A DNA stretch of 64,000 bases. It comes from Acidobacteriota bacterium. Lineage in GTDB: Bacteria; Acidobacteriota; UBA890; WLXD01. The position numbers and the translations under genes are program-made. The notes beneath the pieces are model-generated. The model was not told the DNA's origin. It did no database searches and saw only the letters and a program-made list of their open reading frames with translations. Shown in pieces: positions 57,735-64,000 of this stretch. Each line of letters begins with the position of its first letter. Positions within the stretch are counted from its first letter, which is position 1. The stretch spans positions 2,944,001 to 3,008,000 of the forward strand of contig CBDFKD010000002.1 in NCBI GenBank assembly GCA_965248695.1. The letters are read 5' to 3'.

Positions 57735-58712
57735 TCACAGTCCGAGCAGACGACCGGCGTTGCCCCCCAGGATCGCGGCACGCTCGGCGTCCGAGATCTG
57801 TAGCGCGTCGATCGACGTTCGCATCTTCTCCAAACTGCCGATCATGTGCGGGTAGTCGCTGCCGGCAACGAGCTGGCCGGCTCCCGCGAAGTCGATCGTC
57901 AGCTGCAGGCAGGCCGGATCGAAGTTGACCGTGTCGTAGTAGAAGTCCTTCAGAACTTCACTCGGCCGCCGGCTCAGATGCTCGCGACAGCGACGGAAGG
58001 CCTCGTAGCCGCGGTCGAGTCGCTCGGCGAGGAACGGAATCGCGCCGCCGTTGTGGCACAGCACCCAGCGAATCCCCGGAAACTGTTCCGGCACGCCGGC
58101 GAAGACCAGGTGAGCCGCCGCCAGCGTCGTGTCGAAGAGGAATCCGACCAGCGGCATGAGCATGAACTCCTCCATCGCCTCCACCCCGAGCGGATACGTC
58201 GGGTGGATGTAGATGATCGCTCCGGCGCTGCTGGCACGCTCATAAAGGGGCCAGAACCGCTCGTCGGCCAGAGCAACGCCACCGGCGTTGCTGTACAGCA
58301 TCACGCCAGGAAAGCCGTGCTCGTCGAGTACCCGGTCGAGCTCCAGCGCCGCGGCGGCCGGGTTGTTGAGCGGCAGGTGCCCGAGTGCAGTGAATCGATC
58401 CGGATGGGCGGCCACGGCGGCGGCCAGCCCGTCGTTCACCACCATCGCCAGGTCGGCGGCACGCTGCGGCGACTCGATGCTGGTACCCGGAGCGGTGAAG
58501 CTGATGACCTGGCGGTCCACACCGCTCTCGTCGATCACGCCACAACGAAAATCGATGTCGCGATGACCCGGAACCAGGACGTTGTAGTCGCCGGGCGAGT
58601 GCAAGACCGGGTTGCCGTGGTCGTCGCTGCTGACGCGGAACGCACTGGGTCCCGCCGTGACCGCAGCGACGTAGTCCGGAGGAAAGTAGTGGTTGTGGAA
58701 ATCGATGATCAT
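57735..58712 (-). CDS. Amidohydrolase_2 family (ACMSD-like decarboxylase/hydratase)
   Basis: IDFHNH, VND, IYIHP, CHNGGAIPF...R, FYYDT, GSDYPH, ILGGNA. Confidence 0.9.
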   Translation of the reverse strand: MIIDFHNHYFPPDYVAAVTAGPSAFRVSSDDHGNPVLHSPGDYNVLVPGHRDIDFRCGVIDESGVDRQVISFTAPGTSIESPQRAADLAMVVNDGLAAAVAAHPDRFTALGHLPLNNPAAAALELDRVLDEHGFPGVMLYSNAGGVALADERFWPLYERASSAGAIIYIHPTYPLGVEAMEEFMLMPLVGFLFDTTLAAAHLVFAGVPEQFPGIRWVLCHNGGAIPFLAERLDRGYEAFRRCREHLSRRPSEVLKDFYYDTVNFDPACLQLTIDFAGAGQLVAGSDYPHMIGSLEKMRTSIDALQISDAERAAILGGNAGRLLGL

Positions 58713-60082
58713 GCGGAGCTCACTGACGGGGACCTGGCAGTCCACCACATGTACACCGGCAGGCCGGCACCGACCATCCCAAGGCCTGAGAGGCTCCCAG
58801 CGGGATCACTGATGATGTGGTTGACGACAACGGCGAACGCGGCGAGGGCGAACAGGAATGGCGTCACGGGATAGCCGACGATGCGGTATTCGGGCGTCCG
58901 CTTGGCCGACCTTCGCAGCTTGATCAATCCCAGCGCCAGAACGCCAAAGAACACCCATTCGGTGTAGATAACGCGCGTGAACAGCGCTCGATAGGTTCCG
59001 CTGAGCACCAGCACCGATGCCCAGAACGCCTGCAACACTACCGCGCGATGCGGCGTCCGATAGCGTGGGTGCACCTCCCCCACCCAGGCGAACAGCAGGC
59101 CGTCGCGCGCCATCGCGTAGTAGACCCTGGGTCCGGACAGAACGATTCCGGCGAGGGCACCGAAGGTCGAAAACAACACCAGTGCGATCATCGCCGTGCT
59201 GCCACCGGTGCCCAGCACCGTGTCGGCGGCGTCAGCCGCGATGCGCTGAGAATGGATCACCGTATCGATGGGCAGGAGGTAGAAGTACACCCCGTTGAGT
59301 GCGATGTAGCACGCCGTAACGATCGTCACGCCCCAGATGAGGGCCCGTGGGATGGTGCGGTGCGGCTCGATCGTCTCCTCGGCGTTGTAGCTCACCATAT
59401 GCCAGCCGCCGAAGGCGAACAGAGCTGCCGACACCGCGAGCACGAAGTCCGACAGGCCGCCGCCGCCGAGGAACGCGAACCCGGGTAGAGCCACCAGGCC
59501 CGATCCATCAGCGACTGCAACGTCAGACACAGCCTCCTCCGAGGCCGGCTGCCCGAGCGCCAGGCCGAGGACGACGATGAGCACGATTGCGGCCACCTTC
59601 ACCACGGTGAACGCCGCCTGGAGGTTGCTACCGTGCTCCACACCGCGGTAGTTGACCGCCGACAGCAGCAGAATCGTCGCCACAGCCACCAGTCGCGTCG
59701 ACGTGTCACCGAGCGGGACCAGGAAGGCAGCGTAGGATGCGAACACCATCGCCACCGCAGCGATGATTCCCGAGTGCATCACCCAGAACATTGCCCAACC
59801 CCACAGGAAGCCGAGCCAGCCGCCGAATTGCGCGCGTAGATATACATAGACGCCACCGCTGGCCGGCATCGAAGAGGCCAACTCGGCGACCACCAGCGCC
59901 CCGAGCATGGTCAACACGCCGGCCGTCAGCCACACCAGCGCGGCGCCGGTCATCGAGGGTACCCGTCCGGTGACCTCGGACGGCTGAACGAAGATGGAGG
60001 CGCCGATGATCGTGCCGACAACCATCGCCGTCGCGTGACGCGGGCCGATGGCGCGACGCAGCTCTGTCCCGCCGGGGGTCAA
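58709..60082 (-). CDS. APC family amino acid permease
   Basis: GTIIGASIF, AELASSMP.SGG.YVY, FAFGGW, EE...P.RTIPRA, PRVYYAMARDG, TP..A; ATGA overlap with the amidohydrolase; start approximate. Confidence 0.9.
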   Translation of the reverse strand: MTPGGTELRRAIGPRHATAMVVGTIIGASIFVQPSEVTGRVPSMTGAALVWLTAGVLTMLGALVVAELASSMPASGGVYVYLRAQFGGWLGFLWGWAMFWVMHSGIIAAVAMVFASYAAFLVPLGDTSTRLVAVATILLLSAVNYRGVEHGSNLQAAFTVVKVAAIVLIVVLGLALGQPASEEAVSDVAVADGSGLVALPGFAFLGGGGLSDFVLAVSAALFAFGGWHMVSYNAEETIEPHRTIPRALIWGVTIVTACYIALNGVYFYLLPIDTVIHSQRIAADAADTVLGTGGSTAMIALVLFSTFGALAGIVLSGPRVYYAMARDGLLFAWVGEVHPRYRTPHRAVVLQAFWASVLVLSGTYRALFTRVIYTEWVFFGVLALGLIKLRRSAKRTPEYRIVGYPVTPFLFALAAFAVVVNHIISDPAGSLSGLGMVGAGLPVYMWWTARSPSVSSA

Positions 60083-60291
60083 GCGTGCTCTCGCAGCGTG
60101 CTCATATCCGCACTCTGTCAGGAAGTGCGCTCGGCTGAAAGCCGCAGGGGGCGAGCACAACCTACCTTGGAGGAAGTACTGTCCGTTCGAGTCGGTTAGT
60201 TTGACCGGATCTCGAACGAGATCGCCGGACCAGCCATCGACGCTGCCTGACGGAACCACGCTTACAACAATTCTCTGGAGCAACGCGCCTC

Positions 60292-61254
60292 ATGAAGATC
60301 ATCAGCGCAGATGAAGTACATGCCGCGCTCAGCTATCCCGAATTGGTCGACGCACTCCAAGACGCCTTCGGCAAGGACTTCAACCAGCCGCCGCGCCAGG
60401 TCTTCCTGCTCGATGACGCGGACGACAACTTCGACGCCTTTGCGCTGCTACCCGCCTGGAACGACACGATTATCGCCGTCAAGGCGTTCACCTACTTCCC
60501 CAGCAATTCGCCACCGCACGATCTTCTCTACTCCAAGATCATGATCTTCGACCGGCCGCACGGCGTGCCCTTGGCGTTGGTGGACGGCACCACGTGCACG
60601 TTCTGGCGCACCGGCGGAGTCTCGGGCCTGGCCACGCGTCTGCTGAGTCGTGAGGAATCTTCCACCATGTTGCTACTGGGAACCGGCAACCTGTCTACCT
60701 ACACGATCCGAGCCAACGCTTCGGTACGTCCCCTCGACAAGATCATGGTCTGGGGGAACCCCGAGGGCCTACCGCTGATGGCCGATGCCGAAGCTGTTGT
60801 CGCGCAGATGTCGGAGGAGCTGCCCGGCATCGAGTTCTCGGTGATCACCGACCTCGAAAGCGCCTGCGGCGAAGCCGACATCATCGTCTGCGCTACCGCG
60901 TCTCCCGACATCTTGATCCGCGGCGCCTGGGTCAAGGAAGGGACGCACGTCGACTTGATCGGCAACCACCACGCCGACAAGCGCGAATGCGACACCGAGT
61001 TGATCACCAACGGCCGCGTCTACGCCGACAGCTACGTCAACGCCTTCAAGGAGGCCGGTGAGATCTTGGTGCCCATCGAAGAGGGCGTGTTCACGAAGGA
61101 AGACGTAGTCGCCGAGCTTTCCGAGATGTGTTCGGGCAAGGCGACCCTGCGTACCGACGACCAAGAAATCACCGTGTTCAAGGCCATCGGCCAGGCAGTA
61201 ACCGACCTGGTGGCCGCGAGCACGGCGTACTCGGCATCGGAACGCGACGCCTAG
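60292..61254 (+). CDS. Ornithine cyclodeaminase/mu-crystallin family (imine reductase-like)
   Basis: LLPAW, VKAFTYFPSN, TFWRT, LGTG, ADIIVCAT, GTHVDLIG, EAGE, ITVFKAIG...DL. Confidence 0.9.
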   Translation: MKIISADEVHAALSYPELVDALQDAFGKDFNQPPRQVFLLDDADDNFDAFALLPAWNDTIIAVKAFTYFPSNSPPHDLLYSKIMIFDRPHGVPLALVDGTTCTFWRTGGVSGLATRLLSREESSTMLLLGTGNLSTYTIRANASVRPLDKIMVWGNPEGLPLMADAEAVVAQMSEELPGIEFSVITDLESACGEADIIVCATASPDILIRGAWVKEGTHVDLIGNHHADKRECDTELITNGRVYADSYVNAFKEAGEILVPIEEGVFTKEDVVAELSEMCSGKATLRTDDQEITVFKAIGQAVTDLVAASTAYSASERDA

Positions 61255-61261
61255 CCGGGGC

Positions 61262-61750
61262 TCATTCGCCGCTGTAGGCGACGTAGATCTTGCGCACGCC
61301 ATCCGGCACGCCGAAGGTACCGGTCCAGCCCTTGGGAAGCACGACGCCATCACCGGGAACATGGGTGCTGGCGTTGCCGTCGGTGTCTGTGAGGACGATC
61401 TTGCCCTGCAGCACGTACATCATCTCGTCGACCGCGTACGGGTCGGGCACGTCGAGCACTCCTGGGGTGGCCTCCCAGACGCCGATCGTGAGCTTGCCGT
61501 CGGCGCTCTGGTAGAAAGTGTGCCCGCGAGCATCGAAGTCACTGCGGTCCGGGTAGTAAGGGCTGTACTCGCCTAGCCCTTTGCCCGCGAGCTTGGCGCC
61601 ATCGAACTCGACCGCCGACATCGCAGCCGCTGCCGCCTCGGCGTAAGGGGCCACCGGGCCCAACTGGCCGATGATCGCGCCTGCCGACACCAGCGCCACG
61701 CTCCAGGCAACCAATCCAAGAGCTCGAGTCTTGCTGTTGTTGCGACGCAT
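61262..61750 (-). CDS. Secreted cupin (DUF861/EutQ-like)
   Basis: GVWEATPG, DEMMYVLQG, PGD.VVLPKGWTG, RKIYV; signal peptide. Confidence 0.82.
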   Translation of the reverse strand: MRRNNSKTRALGLVAWSVALVSAGAIIGQLGPVAPYAEAAAAAMSAVEFDGAKLAGKGLGEYSPYYPDRSDFDARGHTFYQSADGKLTIGVWEATPGVLDVPDPYAVDEMMYVLQGKIVLTDTDGNASTHVPGDGVVLPKGWTGTFGVPDGVRKIYVAYSGE

Positions 61751-61867
61751 CCCTTACGCCCTCCTGTCGAGAGTGGTCGGACCCGTGCGAGGCACGTGCC
61801 GGACGAGCATATTCAGCTTGCGTCGGGAACCTATCACGTGATCGATACCGGATAGCCGCGGCGGAGC

Positions 61868-61975
61868 CTGGAAGCGTCCGCGCTCCGCCCGGAAAGACCG
61901 TCGGCACGTCACGTGCCGGAAACGGCCGCTGGAAGCGTCCGCGCTCCGCCCGGAAAGACCGTCGGCACCTCACGT
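61868..61975. repeat. Direct repeat, 2 x 47 bp (1 mismatch), 61-bp period
   Basis: CTGGAAGCGTCCGCGCTCCGCCCGGAAAGACCGTCGGCAC(G/C)TCACGT at 61868-61914 and 61929-61975. Confidence 0.9.
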
Positions 61976-61986
61976 TGGAGCGTTCG

Positions 61987-62658
61987 ATGTCAAGACGTTG
62001 GCGAACCAAGCTGATCGGCGCGATAGGGGCCCAGCGCCGGCAGGTTATCGGGCTGGTGCTGATCATTGCGGTGGTTTCGATGGCGGCGTGCGACGCGAGC
62101 GGCAATGTCGCGGGAGGGACTACGCCTGCCACACAGATCCTGTGCGACGCGTTCTTCTTCTTCGCGACCAAAGGGGTGGATGGTGACGGCTGTGACCGCT
62201 TTAACGGGAGGAACACGCACTTGGCCTACGCGGGAATTGTGCGCGCCCGGGCTGGCCAGGCCGCCGTTTTCGCTCACCTTCAGACCCAACATCATGTTGC
62301 GGAGGGGCGTGTAGCGGCACCAAAGGTCCCTGCAATGACTCTCGACATCCCCCTGCGAGTCTTGGCCGAGCCCGGAGTAAGCAGCGCCACTATTACCGTC
62401 GGCGTGAATCTCTTCGACAAGAAATTAGAGCCGCCGAAGAAGCAGTTTAAGTCCATCACAGTGGAGCTACGCGTCAAGGGCAAGATCGTCGGCAAGGGCT
62501 CGGGTAACTTCGACAAGACGCAGGGAAGCGCAAGCGTCGAGTTCGAGGGACTGAAACTCGCCGCCAAGGACGTTGCCGAAGCGACCGTCAAGCTCACCGG
62601 TGGCCAGGTTGTGGACACGACGATTCTGGCGATCGGAGCGGCCGCCGGTGAGGAGTAG
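61987..62658 (+). CDS. Hypothetical lipoprotein, Lys-rich beta-sandwich-like C-terminus
   Basis: Lipobox-like MAAC; GGAG RBS; C-terminus similar to the next gene. Confidence 0.6.
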   Translation: MSRRWRTKLIGAIGAQRRQVIGLVLIIAVVSMAACDASGNVAGGTTPATQILCDAFFFFATKGVDGDGCDRFNGRNTHLAYAGIVRARAGQAAVFAHLQTQHHVAEGRVAAPKVPAMTLDIPLRVLAEPGVSSATITVGVNLFDKKLEPPKKQFKSITVELRVKGKIVGKGSGNFDKTQGSASVEFEGLKLAAKDVAEATVKLTGGQVVDTTILAIGAAAGEE

Positions 62659-62713
62659 CCCCGCCTCGCGTCGGCCCTCATATTCCACCACCCAGCAAGC
62701 CTCGAGAAAGGAC

Positions 62714-63268
62714 ATGGCACACGATCGCACCCAACTCACGCACGACCGGATCCGACGCGCGGACCTTCGCAGGTTCCGAATGGTCGCCCTCTCCACCGTG
62801 CTCCTGCTGGCCATCGTCGCAACCCTGGGGACGTCCTCTCAGCCGCGAGCGGCAAAAGGTGCGAGCCACGTGGGCAGCACCGCCCTTGACCTAATCGCCG
62901 CCGTTGGGCAAGTGAAGGCCGGAGGAATCGGGAAACAGACGCTCCGGGTCCCACTCGAAATGATCAGCGGCGGGTCCGCCACCTCCACTGCCATTGATGT
63001 AGCCGTTGGAGTGCTGATCCTCGACGAGGAGGGCCAGATAGCCAAGAAGCTGTTCAAATCGATGTCGGTCGAGCTGCGTCGCAACGGGTCCACGGTGGCG
63101 AAACGCAGCGCGAAGCTCACCAAGAAAAACGGCGGCGCCACAATCCAGTTCGACGGTCTGGAAGCGGCATCCGCGGACGAGATCGACGCCGTGGTCACGT
63201 TCAAGGGCGGTGCGGTCAGCGACGCCTTCGTGGTTGTGAATGCAGCCACCAGGTTGGCCACCAGCTAG
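62714..63268 (+). CDS. Hypothetical secreted protein, paralog of the upstream gene
   Basis: KKLFKSMSVELR..G..V.K.S.....G.A...F.GL....D...A.V...GG aligns with the upstream protein; AGGA RBS. Confidence 0.62.
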   Translation: MAHDRTQLTHDRIRRADLRRFRMVALSTVLLLAIVATLGTSSQPRAAKGASHVGSTALDLIAAVGQVKAGGIGKQTLRVPLEMISGGSATSTAIDVAVGVLILDEEGQIAKKLFKSMSVELRRNGSTVAKRSAKLTKKNGGATIQFDGLEAASADEIDAVVTFKGGAVSDAFVVVNAATRLATS

Positions 63269-63382
63269 CGGACGCCTGGCAGACGGCGATGTGAGCCTGG
63301 ACATGGTGACCCCACCGCACCAGGTCGTCGGAAGATCCGACCCCGCACCGAGGTCGCCGCCCAGTGAGACACGGCCGATCAC

Positions 63383-63841
63383 ATACAGATAGTAGCTGCC
63401 GCCGACCCTGATGACGGTAGGGTCGGCAAGGCGCACCACCTCATCGAGGCTACCAAGAGTGTCGCGCACAGTGCTCAACAGATTCAATCCGGCAATCCGG
63501 GCCGCGGCGTAGCCGTCTTCCACGGTCAAGTCGGCGCCGACCTTGCCGGATCTGGGCGATCCATCGGGATACCGCGGCGTATGACCGGCGGTGAACAGGA
63601 TGTTTCCGGTGCGCACCGCCGTTACGTACACCGCCACGGGTCGCGGCGCGGCCGGCAGCTCGATGCCGAGCTCGCGCAGCCGCTGCTCCGGAGTTGACGC
63701 CTGCAGCACTGGGACTCGCGCCGCGGGGGCCGCACCTGCGGCGGTAGTGCCACCGCTGGCCATCGCCACGAGCGTGCCTCCAGCCGCACCGGCGAAGCAC
63801 CGAGTGTGAAGAAAGCTCCGGCGGGTTTCGCTCGTCGACAT
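63383..63841 (-). pseudogene. Truncated RidA/YjgF-family gene with Tat-like leader, joined to a GH43-like fragment
   Basis: TRRSFL leader; PEQRLRELGIELP...YV...RTGNILFTAGH...GKVGADLT.E.GY.AAR...LGSLDEVVRL. At about 63428 it switches to ADPTVIRVGGSYYLY. The RidA C-terminal half is absent. Confidence 0.6.
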
Positions 63842-64000
63842 GTGTGGATATCTCCGTTTCCTGGCGGGCCTGGGACCGTTGATGGCCGCGAGTCGTTCGA
63901 GAAAACGGCCCTCGCAGGCCGACCTTGGTGCCTTCATTGATCGCATGCTAGCAATGGCCCCCTGCATCGGCTACGTTCGGCGACCTTCGTCCTTGACGCG

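Noticed and set aside
60083-60291. Riboswitch in the permease/OCD divergent region (hairpins CGGCT/AGCCG and GATCTCG/CGAGATC)
   Set aside because: No consensus of a riboswitch class I recognise; short hairpins are expected at this GC content
61868-61975. Mini CRISPR array
   Set aside because: Only two units, a 14-nt spacer, no cas genes and no AT-rich leader
1-64000. Alternative genetic code (TGA as Trp or Gly) as the explanation for read-through
   Set aside because: TGA terminates many complete genes here (for example 2005, 14880, 17279, 32665). Read-through is needed only at Cys-type redox positions.
1-64000. tRNA-Sec (selC), selA/selB/selD, rRNA, integrase or transposase
   Set aside because: Looked for these because of the Sec genes but recognised none in this window. 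The Sec machinery must lie elsewhere if the calls are right.

Overview
A GC-rich bacterial window with about 45 CDS. The DUF1592-DUF1552-ankyrin triad, many PQQ beta-propellers, secreted hydrolases and LVIVD proteins suggest Acidobacteriota or a similar lineage (inference only). The main hidden signal is three selenoprotein genes that the ORF track splits or misses. Each has an in-frame TGA in a redox motif, followed by a G-first-loop hairpin at bacterial-SECIS spacing. (i) An Rdx/SelW-like CxxU protein (34862-35134, minus strand) is absent from the track. (ii) A lipoprotein redoxin with UxxC is fused to a DsbD-N-like domain (51841-53067). (iii) A UGSC-motif protein resembles the GrdB catalytic region (57195-57734) and sits directly behind a CxxC-redoxin/PVVPPT fusion partner. 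The last two bracket a co-oriented four-gene run (51841-57734) near betaine-type transport and methyltransferase genes, a candidate uncharacterised Sec-dependent redox system. Also present: a PIG-L/nagB/phosphohexomutase amino-sugar module, an ectoine hydrolase-like gene, two paralogous quinohemoproteins lacking the vicinal disulfide, and an RHH-MNT/HEPN module with three TGATATCA palindromes spaced exactly 23 bp apart. There is also an orphan VapC, a stand-alone RAMA domain, two apparent +1 frameshifts in signal peptides and several gene remnants or chimeras. I recognised no rRNA, tRNA, CRISPR array or transposase. All family calls are by motif recognition, not database search.
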